Part shown: in pieces, positions 22,860 through 31,035 of the stretch
Position numbering within the stretch: position 1 is the first letter of the stretch
How the letters are laid out: each line of letters starts with the position of its first letter
Source of the DNA: Sinorhizobium meliloti
GTDB lineage: Bacteria > Pseudomonadota > Alphaproteobacteria > Rhizobiales > Rhizobiaceae
Direction: 5' to 3'
Assembly: GCF_017876815.1 (NCBI RefSeq)
Contig: NZ_JAGIOS010000004.1
Span: 60,001 to 92,000 of the forward strand
DNA length: 32,000 bases
Program-made: the position numbers and the translations under genes
Notes under the pieces: generated by a model
What the model was told of the DNA's origin: nothing
Database searches by the model: none
The model's input: the letters and a program-made list of their open reading frames with translations, nothing else

Positions 22860-24463
22860 GCCGCCCGTCGCTCCTGACGTGCAATGGCCTCGCGTTCGGC
22901 CTTCCAGGCCCATGGGAAGAGCGTATCCATCCGGTTCGCGGGCACCTTGCCCGAGATGATGCGCTCAAGCACATCGGCAAGCCAGACCTCGGGGTCAACA
23001 CTATTGAGCTTTGCTGTGTTGACGAGCGATGCCAGGACCGCGAAGGACTTGCCACCGCGTTCGTTGCCCACGAACAACGAGTTCTTCCTCGTCAGAGCCA
23101 CCGATTTCATTGAACGCTCGACCACATTGGAGTCCGCTTCGATCCGGCCATCCTCCAGGAAGGCTGCCAGCCCGTTCCAATGATTGAGCGCGTAGGAGAC
23201 GGCCTTGCCCAGCGCCGATTTTGACGACACCTCTTCGCTCAGTTCGGTGAGCTGGACCTTCAGTTCTCGCATGATGGGTGCTGTCTCGCGACGCCGTACC
23301 GTGAGCCGGGTATCGGCACTTTCGCCGCGCAGTTTCGCCTCGATGCGATAGACCTCGGCGATCCTGGCCAGGATCGACAGCGCCTCCGAAGAGCCGGTCA
23401 GCTTGACGACATCGACGAACTTGCGTCGCGCGTGAGCAAGGCAGAACGCCAGCCGCATGGGGGCGACATTGCTCTTCCCCCGGCGCTTGGCCAAGGTTTT
23501 ATAGGCCTGGTATCCATCGACCTGAAGTACGCCGGCAAACGACGACAGTTGCCCCTCGACCTCGCGAGCGCTGCGGCTTTCAGCAAAAGTATAGGCCACC
23601 GCCGGCGGCGCCGGACCATTCCATGGCCGGTCGTCGACCGCCTGCGCCCAGAGTTGACAAAGCTTGGTGCGTTTGCGTCCCGGATCGAGCCGCGGAAGCG
23701 GCGTCTCGTCACAAAACACCCTTGGCTGGGAGCGGATGAAGGCGGTAAGCGCATCGTAGAGAAGCTCGAGCCACCAGGCGACCCGCGTCACCCAGGCGCC
23801 AAGCGTGCCGCGATCGATGATCACGCCGCAGGAGGCAAGCATCTGCGCCTGGCGATGCAGCGGCAGATGCCAGGCAAACTTCGAAACGGCGATATGGGCT
23901 GCAAACGCCGTAGTCACCATGCCGCCGTCCATCACGCGCGCCGGTGCGGGCGCTTGCACAATGACGCTTTCGCAGGCCCGGCATGCATAGCGCGGCCGGA
24001 TCGTCCGCTTCACCCGGACAACCGCCGGCACGATGTCGAGCGCCTCACTGACGTCCGTGCCGATGCAATGAAGCTCGAACGAGCAGCACGGGCAAATCTT
24101 GCTCTCCGGCTCGATGAGCTCTTCATACCGTGAGAGGTGCTTGGGCAAACGGCCGATGTTGCGCGACGGCGATCGCCGCTCCTGTCTTGGCCCTTCAGCC
24201 ACGGGTGCAACATCGTCATTGGCCGCCTCGGGAATGTCGCTGAGATCGCCAAGCTCGAGCGTCGCCTGCGTCGGGTCGATCGCCGTCATCTTCTCCGATT
24301 TCGGTCCAAAGAGCTGACCCTCCAGGAAGGCAACGCGCGCCTTGAGGTCGGCATTCTCCGCATCGAGCGAGAGAATGATCCGGCTCAATTGGGCGGCATC
24401 CTGAGGTAAAGGGTCGGGTCGAAGCGGCATGGCTGACCCTAGCACATGTTCCTGAATCTTCAA
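22856..24463 (-). CDS. tnpC: IS66 transposase TnpC of element C, intact (535 aa)
   Basis: It has CPCC..CRAC motifs, ..CDETPLPRLDPG.., ..DSNVVERSMKSVALTRKNSLFVG.. and a conserved tail. Confidence 0.9.
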   Translation of the reverse strand: MKIQEHVLGSAMPLRPDPLPQDAAQLSRIILSLDAENADLKARVAFLEGQLFGPKSEKMTAIDPTQATLELGDLSDIPEAANDDVAPVAEGPRQERRSPSRNIGRLPKHLSRYEELIEPESKICPCCSFELHCIGTDVSEALDIVPAVVRVKRTIRPRYACRACESVIVQAPAPARVMDGGMVTTAFAAHIAVSKFAWHLPLHRQAQMLASCGVIIDRGTLGAWVTRVAWWLELLYDALTAFIRSQPRVFCDETPLPRLDPGRKRTKLCQLWAQAVDDRPWNGPAPPAVAYTFAESRSAREVEGQLSSFAGVLQVDGYQAYKTLAKRRGKSNVAPMRLAFCLAHARRKFVDVVKLTGSSEALSILARIAEVYRIEAKLRGESADTRLTVRRRETAPIMRELKVQLTELSEEVSSKSALGKAVSYALNHWNGLAAFLEDGRIEADSNVVERSMKSVALTRKNSLFVGNERGGKSFAVLASLVNTAKLNSVDPEVWLADVLERIISGKVPANRMDTLFPWAWKAEREAIARQERRAA

Positions 24464-24478
24464 GCAAATCCAATAAGA

Positions 24479-24835
24479 TCAGCCCACTTTCGTCGGCCGC
24501 TTTACGACGTTCCGTTTAACCCGAGTCCAGTCGATACCGGCCAGCAAAAGCGAGAACTCTTGGCTACTCATCTGCATCGCGCCATCGCGGATCGGTGGCC
24601 AAACGAACTTGCCCGCCTCAAGCCACTTCGTCGCTAGGATCATGCCCGACCCGTCCCAATAAATGCAGCGCAGGCGATCGCACCGCTTGGCGCGGAACAC
24701 AAACACGTCACCACAGTAGGGATCAGCCGAAAGCGCTGACGCCACCAGCGCAACAAGGCCATTCATGCCGCGCCGGAAGTCGACAGGCTGCGTCGCCACC
24801 ATGATCTTCACGCCATTCGGCGAAAGTCCGATCAC
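24479..24835 (-). CDS. tnpB: IS66 TnpB (Orf2) of element C, intact (118 aa)
   Basis: The translation is ..VATQPVDFRRGMNGLVALVASALSADPYCGDVFVFRAKRCDRLRCIYWDGSGMILATKWLEAGKFVWPP... Confidence 0.9.
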   Translation of the reverse strand: MIGLSPNGVKIMVATQPVDFRRGMNGLVALVASALSADPYCGDVFVFRAKRCDRLRCIYWDGSGMILATKWLEAGKFVWPPIRDGAMQMSSQEFSLLLAGIDWTRVKRNVVKRPTKVG

Positions 24836-25278
24836 CGGCGTGCTCGCAACGCTGCCACGATCGCCTGCGCCAACTCGGGCGCCACCGAGCCGATCACGGT
24901 CATGCGTGCTCCGGCAATCTCGATCTCAATTCGGCCGGAAGCAACGGAAGCGATATCCGACGACGCGCTCTGGGGAGGCGCTCGTTCTCCAACGACGGTC
25001 ACCGGCACGAACATGGCCTGCTGCGCGCAGGCTTGCACGGATCGTCGAGCGGTCAGCCCGGCTTGGCGGCGCCAGACATTCAGCAAACCACGGTTGACGC
25101 CCCAGCGCCGGGCGACGGCCGAGATGTTCACGTCGGGTTCTGCGCTTTCAGCAAGGATCCGCGCCTTCTCTTCGTCGGTCCAATTCCGCCGCTGTCGTCG
25201 ACCGGTGATCACCTCGATCCGCCGGTAGACTCCATCATGCCTGGCTTCATCCATGGCTTCATCCATGACTCCAAGCAT
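24832..25278 (-). CDS. tnpA: IS66 TnpA (Orf1) of element C (start uncertain; ORF open to 25347)
   Basis: The translation is ..YRRIEVITGRRQRRNWTDEEKARILAESAEPDVNISAVARRWGVNRGLLNVWRRQ... Confidence 0.8.
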   Translation of the reverse strand: MLGVMDEAMDEARHDGVYRRIEVITGRRQRRNWTDEEKARILAESAEPDVNISAVARRWGVNRGLLNVWRRQAGLTARRSVQACAQQAMFVPVTVVGERAPPQSASSDIASVASGRIEIEIAGARMTVIGSVAPELAQAIVAALRARR

Positions 25279-25383
25279 GGCACCAGCGCGATCTCCAACC
25301 ATCCCGTTCCACTCCTGCAGATGAAGGAGCTTATCTCGCGGTCTCAATCAGCAAAGAAAAGGTGGGCTGTTCGTCGCGCTCAC

Positions 25384-25392
25384 TGTTGAACG
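25384..25392. repeat. Target-site duplication of IS66-C, right copy
   Basis: TGTTGAACG is identical to 22228-22236. Confidence 0.8.
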
Positions 25393-25444
25393 TCACCTGA
25401 TTCCCTGGAAGGAACGCCACCATGACCAAGACTGAAGGTAAGAC

Positions 25445-25705
25445 TGCCACCAGCGCCCGCTCGGAGCGCTGATAGCGTTCGAACAATTCGGTGGAGAAGT
25501 GCCCCGAGCGATCCTGCGGCACCCGCAGCTCGAGCTTGCCCACCCGCGTGATCAGCGTGCGGCCATAGTGGCCCGAACGGTAGCCGAGCCGATCCGGCGT
25601 GCGCTCGCCTTTCGCAGCTCCCAGCGCCTCGTCCATCTCCGCTTCCAGCACCTCCTGCATCACCGTGCGGATCACCTCGCGCAGCCCATCGGGGTTCGAA
25701 AGCAA
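25445..25705 (-). pseudogene. IS256-family transposase fragment (about residues 38-125)
   Basis: The translation is LSNPDGLREVIRTVMQEVLEAEMDEALGAAKGERTPDRLGYRSGHYGRTLITRVGKLELRVPQDRSGHFSTELFERYQRSERALVA. Confidence 0.75.
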
Positions 25706-25710
25706 AATGG

Positions 25711-25812
25711 ACCTTGGCGGAGATGTATGTGCAAGGGGTGTCGACGCGGAAGGTCAAGGCGATCACCGAGGAGCTGTGCGGCCATGCCTTCTCGGCGTCA
25801 TCGATCTCGGCA
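25711..25812 (+). pseudogene. IS256-family transposase fragment (the next ~34 residues), in opposite orientation
   Basis: TLAEMYVQGVSTRKVKAITEELCGHAFSASSIS is the segment that normally follows ..ERALVA. Confidence 0.75.
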
Positions 25813-25821
25813 GATTTACCG

Positions 25822-26094
25822 ATGAACGTTCATTCCCGCCGTCCGGATCGTTCCCCGGAAGCTATCGAGAAGCGGCGCAAGGCCGCCGAGCAGGCGCGCG
25901 CTGCCAATATCCGGCAGGGCTACGTTCACGATCCTGCCCTCGAGGAGGCGATCGTGCGGTATGTCGCCGGCGACATCACCCGCGGGGAATACCGGCAGCT
26001 CATGATTGAGGCGCCTGTCAAGATAACCCCCGATCAACCTTCAAGAGCAGAAGGCCGCCTGCTTAGAGCTGACAGCTTTTTGTTGAGCTTCGCC
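25822..26094 (+). CDS. VbhA-like Fic antitoxin candidate (no stop before the Fic start; reads through in frame)
   Basis: The product MNVHSRRPDRSPEAIEKRRKAAEQARAANIRQGYVHDPALEEAIVRYVAGDITRGEYRQLM.. has the overall pattern of the small VbhA family. The position of the S/T-xxx-E-G/N inhibitory motif reads A-NIR-Q-G. Confidence 0.35.
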
Positions 26095-27059
26095 ATGGCT
26101 GATGAGCGCCCAAAGGTTCCTACACCTATCCTGTTACGTCAGACGATCCGGACCGGACGAACGTTCTGAAAAACAGATGGGGCATTGAAACCGATCGGAG
26201 CTGCGCGTGAATGAGTATCGAGCGACCGCCGTGCGGTTAGCGGAAATTGCTGAAGGCGATGGCCCGGAAGGCAATTTCGACAAAGCTCACCTGAAAGCGC
26301 TTCACGGTTACATTTTTCAGGATGTGTATGAATGGGCCGGTCATACGCGCAACGAAAGTCCGATAGTTGAGGGCAGCGCGTAGAGCCGATCGGTGGCCAC
26401 TCCAAGGGGGCTCGTCATTCCTGCCCTGCCCGCGCATAGAAGTGGGCCTGGACGAGGCGCTGAAACCGATCCGAGAACCGCAGGCCCTTCGCAATGCAAC
26501 GCCCGAAGAGTTCGCTGAGCGGGCCGGAAGAGTCCTCTCAGAGCTGAATTATGTGCACCCGTTCAGAGAGGGAAACGGACGTGCCCAGGAGGCGTTTATT
26601 TCCGAGCTGGGCCGCCGCTACGGCCGCGAAATCGATTTGTCGGTAATCACCAGGCCGCGCATGATCGAGGCGTCAATCGAGATCACGAACGACCCGTCCA
26701 GTCCCGTGATGAAGCACGTCATTGAGGACGCGATGAACCCGGGCCGTCGGGAGGCCATTCGATCTGCATTCGAAGACTTGCGGGAGGCCGGTGAAGAGCC
26801 TTTGCACCATCATGTTCGCACTACCCGCGCCAGAGAAGAAATCACTGGCCAGATTCTCGGCCACGACAATCGCGTCGCCAGCCTTGTGACCGATCAAGGG
26901 ATTGTCGTCGCCGATCGCGCGGACCTGCCGGAGAGGTTGCCAGACGACGAGGAGATCACCTTCACTGCCCGGTCGGACTTCTCCCGAGTGGCGCGAGCTG
27001 CCGGCCCAGGAGGCGCAATCGCAGCCGGCGCCAACGCCGCAGCCACAGCAGGACCATAA
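26095..27059 (+). pseudogene. Fic-domain protein (VbhT/class I-like), with multiple frameshifts
   Basis: The pieces lie in different frames: MADERPK / SYTYPVTSDDPDRTNVLKNRWGIETD / ELRVNEYRATAVRLAEIAEG..FDKAHLKALHGYIFQDVYEWAGHTRNESPIVEGSA* / VEPIGGHSKG / GSSFLPCPRIEVGLDEAL..LNYVHPFREGNGRAQEAFISEL... The Fic motif HPFREGNGR lies at 26556-26582. The C-terminus may continue in another frame to 27138. Confidence 0.75.
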
Positions 27060-27357
27060 CTCGGAGTTTAAGGCGATCGAGGCGCAATCGGTGGCACAGC
27101 GCAGTCGGGAGCGTGATGACGACGATCGCGAGCGGTAACCTGCCCACTGGCTCTTTAAGCTGCAAGAGCTATCCGTGAGCGAGGCGCCGATGTTCTGCGC
27201 CCTCCCCTTCCGTTGGGTGATTTGCCGGACAAGCTACAATAGCCCCTCCCCCACTCAACCGCTGTGGCGGTCCTCCACTGTGTTGCGGCCCTTCGGGTGC
27301 ATCGGCTCGCTTCGGCTATCTCCGTTTTTTGCCGTCAACCAACGGAAGGAGACGGCA

Positions 27358-28245
27358 ATGCAGAGCATCAAGGACACCTACCAGGGCATCACCGATACCA
27401 TCATCGAGCAGCTTGAAGCCGGCACAAAGCCGTGGATCCGGCCCTGGCGCGGAAACAGCCGCGGCTCCCTCGTCCCGCGCCGCGCCACCGGCGAAGCCTA
27501 TCGCGGGATCAACGTCCTGATGCTGTGGCTCGCAAGCGAGCTCGCCGGCTATGAGGAAAACACCTGGATGACCTACCGCCAAGCTCAAGATCTCGGCGGC
27601 CAGGTCCGAAAGGGCGAGAAAGGTTCCCTCGTCGTCAAGTACGGCACCTTCACCCCCAATGAGCGCGAGGATGACGACGAACGCGCAATTCCCTATCTCA
27701 AGGGCTACACGGTCTTCAACGTCGAGCAGATCGAGAACCTTCCAGACCCGTTCTATCGACCGGCGGAGGAGCTGCCGGCGACGCCAGTTCCGCATCTTGA
27801 GACTGTCGAAACCTTCGTCCGCAACACCGGCGCAGCGATCACCTACGGCGGAACGACCGCCTGCTATCGTCCCGCCCCTGACGACATCCTCATGCCCGAT
27901 CGGGCACGCTTCGTCGACGAGGTTCACCTCTACTCGACCGTGCTTCACGAGATGTCGCATTGGTCAGGCGCAAAGCATCGCCTGGACCGTGACTTGAGCG
28001 GCCGTTTCGGCAGTGAAAGCTACGCCGTCGAGGAGCTGGTTGCCGAGCTCTCGGCTGCGTTCCTCTGCGCTGATCTTGGAGTGGCCCACGATCCTCGCGA
28101 CAATACCGCAACCTATCTGGAAAGCTGGCTCAAGGTGCTGAAGAACGACAAGCGGGCGATCATCACCGCGGCCGCCAAGGCTCAGGCAGCAGCCGACTAT
28201 CTGCACGGGCTGCAAGCGCGGAAGCAGCGCAGGGCCGCCGCTTAG
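27358..28245 (+). CDS. ardC: ArdC-like antirestriction protein (N-terminal ssDNA-binding DUF1738 domain plus C-terminal zincin-like metalloprotease domain)
   Basis: The ATG at 27358 follows GGAAGGAG. The N-terminus reads MQSIKDTYQGITDTIIEQLEAGTKPWIRPW..YRGINVLMLW..W-TYRQAQDLGGQVRKGEKG.. and the C-terminal half carries HEMSHW (HExxH). Confidence 0.8.
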   Translation: MQSIKDTYQGITDTIIEQLEAGTKPWIRPWRGNSRGSLVPRRATGEAYRGINVLMLWLASELAGYEENTWMTYRQAQDLGGQVRKGEKGSLVVKYGTFTPNEREDDDERAIPYLKGYTVFNVEQIENLPDPFYRPAEELPATPVPHLETVETFVRNTGAAITYGGTTACYRPAPDDILMPDRARFVDEVHLYSTVLHEMSHWSGAKHRLDRDLSGRFGSESYAVEELVAELSAAFLCADLGVAHDPRDNTATYLESWLKVLKNDKRAIITAAAKAQAAADYLHGLQARKQRRAAA

Positions 28246-28478
28246 CGGCGTTCGCTCCTCCGCTTCATTTGGCACGCCATCGAGCGACCGCTTCTGCGAC
28301 ATCGGGAGTCGCCAAGCCACCTTGGAAGAACGCTATTCCTGGAGAGGATAGTCGCTTCGTGACCAGCCAGTACCGGTCGCTTCGTGCTGTCAGATACATT
28401 GGCGAGTCGCAACGCCTGCAACCGATTCGGTCGCAGAGTCCAATTTTGCGGCGGCTTAAGCTCAGTTTCTCTACTGGA

Positions 28479-28494
28479 GTTGTCAACTGACAAT
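28479..28494. promoter_or_regulatory. parS-like 16-bp palindrome upstream of repA (GTTGTCAACTGACAAT)
   Basis: It fits the repABC parS consensus GTTNNCNGCNGNNAAC at 14 of 16 defined or symmetric positions. It is near-identical to the site at 30844-30859. Confidence 0.55.
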
Positions 28495-28632
28495 TCATGT
28501 AAGTCTTTGATATTACACACAGTGGCGGATTCGCCGCAACCGTTAATCTCAGTTAACTAAAAACTCCTTGACGCGAACCCGTGTTTCAAGATCATTTGCG
28601 GAAACTTCATTGAATTTTTGGATTTTGCGTGA

Positions 28633-29850
28633 ATGGCGACGAAAGCTGCGATTGTTGAAAACCGACAGAAGCGTGCCCGTGTTTCAATCGACGAAACGAT
28701 AGCGCACGACTCGGCCTCGCTTAGTGGCCAGCTGCAGATCTTATTCGAGAAGCTCTTTTCGCCAAACGCCAGTAAAACGCTGCGGCGTTTCAGTAGCACG
28801 GAAGCCGCAAAGCTTCTCGGTGTCACTGACAGCTACGTTCGTCACATCGCCTCGCAGGAAGAGGCCGTCACATCCGAAAAGACTGCGGCAGGTCGAAGGA
28901 CATTCTCGCTTGAAGAAGTGAACATGATCCGGCAGCTTCTCGGACGAACGAAGCCAGCGTACTTGCCCGGCCGCCGCGAAGGCGATCACGTTCAGGTGGT
29001 CGCGGTGACCAATTTTAAAGGCGGGTCTGGCAAAACAACGACCACAACGCATTTGGCCCAGTATCTTGCCTTGCGCGGCTATCGTGTTTTGGCGGTCGAC
29101 CTCGATCCTCAAGCCTCCATGTCAGCCATGCTCGGCTTCCAGCCTGAGTTTGATGTGAACGACAATGAGACGCTCTACGGTGCTATCCGTTACGACGCCG
29201 AACGGCGGCCAGTAGGGGAGGTGGTCCGGCAAACCTATTTCGCCGGTTTGGACCTGATACCGGGGAACCTGGAGCTTCACGAGTTTGAGCACGACACGCC
29301 GCGGGCGCTCGCATCTCGGGACTCGGCCGATACCGACATGTTCTTCATGCGCGTCGGCAATGCGCTCATGGATCTAGAGGATCGCTACGATGTCGTAGTT
29401 ATCGACTGCCCGCCGACACTTGGCTTCCTCACGCTCTCGGCACTGTGTGCGGCAACTTCGGTGCTGATCACCGTTCACCCGCAAATGCTCGATGTCGCAT
29501 CGATGAACCAGTTCCTATCGATGACCTCGGATCTGCTCGGGGTGGTGAAGGAGGCCGGAGGTAATCTTGACTACGACTGGATGCGGTACCTAGTGACCAG
29601 GTACGAACCCAACGACGGGCCTCAGGCACAAATCGTTGCGTTTCTCAGAAGCCTTTTTGGCGAACGCGTTCTGACTTCGATGATGGTCAAGTCGACCGCT
29701 GTCTCTGACGCTGGCCTATCCAAGCAGACGATCTACGAGGCGGGCCGCGAAACGATGCACCGACAAACCTACGACAGGGCCGTTGAAGCTATGGACAGCG
29801 TGAACTCCGAAGTCGAGGCGCTCATCCGAACTGCATGGGGTAGGGCATGA
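28633..29850 (+). CDS. repA: RepA, ParA-type partition ATPase of a repABC replicon
   Basis: The protein is 405 aa, with the deviant Walker A box ..VAVTNFKGGSGKTTTTTHLAQYLALRGYRVLAVDLDPQAS.., and is followed by repB and repC. Confidence 0.92.
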   Translation: MATKAAIVENRQKRARVSIDETIAHDSASLSGQLQILFEKLFSPNASKTLRRFSSTEAAKLLGVTDSYVRHIASQEEAVTSEKTAAGRRTFSLEEVNMIRQLLGRTKPAYLPGRREGDHVQVVAVTNFKGGSGKTTTTTHLAQYLALRGYRVLAVDLDPQASMSAMLGFQPEFDVNDNETLYGAIRYDAERRPVGEVVRQTYFAGLDLIPGNLELHEFEHDTPRALASRDSADTDMFFMRVGNALMDLEDRYDVVVIDCPPTLGFLTLSALCAATSVLITVHPQMLDVASMNQFLSMTSDLLGVVKEAGGNLDYDWMRYLVTRYEPNDGPQAQIVAFLRSLFGERVLTSMMVKSTAVSDAGLSKQTIYEAGRETMHRQTYDRAVEAMDSVNSEVEALIRTAWGRA

Positions 29851-30839
29851 AAGGCAGAGACATTCTCAAGAGCATGGTGAACTCGGCCGAGCACACCAAG
29901 ACGGAAGCTCCGCAAACGCCGGTGGCACACAAGCCAGCCGGCGCTGTCCGTGCGATGAACCTGTCGCTCGGGCGTTTGAATGAAGAGGCAGCGGCGGCCA
30001 AGGAATTGCGCGAGGCGATCGCTGCGGGCGACAAGGTCGTTGAACTCAATCCCGCTCTCGTAGAGGTCTCATTTATTCGGGATCGCATACCGCTCGAAGG
30101 GGATCCGCAATTTGACGAGCTAAAGGCGTCGATCGCAGACAGCGGCCAGCAGGTGCCCATCCTCGTCAGGCCGCACCCCACTAGGACGAGCAACTATCAG
30201 GCGGCATACGGCCACAGACGTCTGCGTGCTGCAGCCGACCTCGGCCGGCCCGTCAAGGCGATTGTTCGTAACCTGACTGATGAGCAAGTCATTCTCGCAC
30301 AGGGCCAGGAGAACGGCCCTCGTGTTGACCTCAGTTTCATTGAACGGGCTCTGTTTGCACGCCGTTTGGAAGAACACGGGTTCGACCGCGATACGATTGC
30401 CAAGGCATTGTCTGTCGACAAGCCGGAGATCTCCCGGCTGTTGCAAGTTGCTGAAGGTGTCCCATCTGAAATTATCCTGGCTGTAGGCCCGGCCCCGAAA
30501 GTCGGGCGGCCGCGCTGGCTGGCTTTCGCCGAGAGGCTGAAGGATAGCGAGTCGACCAAACGGCTCGAGAAGGAAATTGAGGCGCCTGATTTTTCGGCGG
30601 ACGAGACCAACAAGCGATTCGATCGTCTATGGAAAGCTATGACGGCAACCGAAAAAAGATCGAAGGATGTCGAAGCGGTGCGAACCAAAAAAGGCTTACC
30701 TCTCGCATCAATCGAACGCAATGCCCGCGGTTCGAAGATCACGGTGACATCGGCAGAGTTCGCAGAATTCCTTTCCTCACACATGCATGAGTTAGTTGCG
30801 AGGTTTGAGCAGGAAAAACACGGAACATCAGCGGACTGA
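29847..30839 (+). CDS. repB: RepB, ParB-type partition protein
   Basis: The protein is 330 aa and overlaps the repA stop. It has the ParB-box region ..QQVPILVRPHP..YQAAYGHRRLRAA.. and an HTH segment ..TIAKALSVDKPEISRLL... Confidence 0.9.
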   Translation: MKGRDILKSMVNSAEHTKTEAPQTPVAHKPAGAVRAMNLSLGRLNEEAAAAKELREAIAAGDKVVELNPALVEVSFIRDRIPLEGDPQFDELKASIADSGQQVPILVRPHPTRTSNYQAAYGHRRLRAAADLGRPVKAIVRNLTDEQVILAQGQENGPRVDLSFIERALFARRLEEHGFDRDTIAKALSVDKPEISRLLQVAEGVPSEIILAVGPAPKVGRPRWLAFAERLKDSESTKRLEKEIEAPDFSADETNKRFDRLWKAMTATEKRSKDVEAVRTKKGLPLASIERNARGSKITVTSAEFAEFLSSHMHELVARFEQEKHGTSAD

Positions 30840-30843
30840 TTAA

Positions 30844-30859
30844 ATTGTCAGCTGACAAT
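30844..30859. promoter_or_regulatory. parS-like perfect 16-bp palindrome just downstream of repB (ATTGTCAGCTGACAAT)
   Basis: This perfect palindrome lies 5 bp after the repB stop and matches the inner 14 positions of the repABC parS consensus. Confidence 0.6.
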
Positions 30860-30886
30860 CGGAGCAAGTAGGAGATTAGAACCGCA

Positions 30887-30942
30887 AAAGAAAAAGGCCC
30901 CCCAAACGTCGCCGTCGTGGAAGCCTCTCTCATATCTAAGCA
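30887..30942 (-). ncRNA. Candidate repABC counter-transcribed RNA (ctRNA, incompatibility determinant) in the repB-repC gap
   Basis: On the minus strand, TTGACG (complement of 30971-30976), a 17-nt spacer and GATTCT (complement of 30949-30954) precede a ~56-nt segment. That segment ends in a hairpin (AGGCUUCC..GGGGGGCCU, 30897-30928) followed by UUUUUCUUUU. The position, size and orientation match the known ctRNA of repABC operons. Confidence 0.55.
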
Positions 30943-31035
30943 ATCTGAGAATCGCATTTCCCCGAATCCCCGTCAAGAGTCTTTGGCGCCGTTTTTGGTG
31001 AGCGGATTTCTTTTGCCTTCTGAAAGGTGAAGGAA

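Larger units (their letters stand above)
22237..25383 (-). mobile_element. IS66-family element C, apparently intact, four ORFs (tnpA, tnpB, tnpC and a UPF0149/YecA-like passenger)
   Basis: Its terminal inverted repeats are GTGAGCGCAACGAATGGCCCAC (22237-) and the reverse complement of ..25383, GTGAGCGCGACGAACAGCCCAC. It is flanked by direct repeats, and all three transposition ORFs are uninterrupted. Confidence 0.85.

Noticed and set aside
22860-22913. Upstream extension of the UPF0149-like ORF (track start 22913)
   Set aside because: The extension overlaps the tnpC-C coding end. The ATG at 22859, in an ATGA overlap with the tnpC stop, is the more plausible start.
27322-27356. Two mutually exclusive small hairpins around the ardC ribosome-binding site (CCGTT/AACGG and GCCGTC/GACGGC)
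   Set aside because: The stems are only 5-6 bp and there is no comparative support, so this is too weak to call a regulatory element.
27175-27357. N-terminal 61-codon extension of the ardC ORF
   Set aside because: ArdC homology starts at MQSIKD.. (27358), which has a good GGAAGGAG site. The extension is proline/serine-rich non-homologous read-through.
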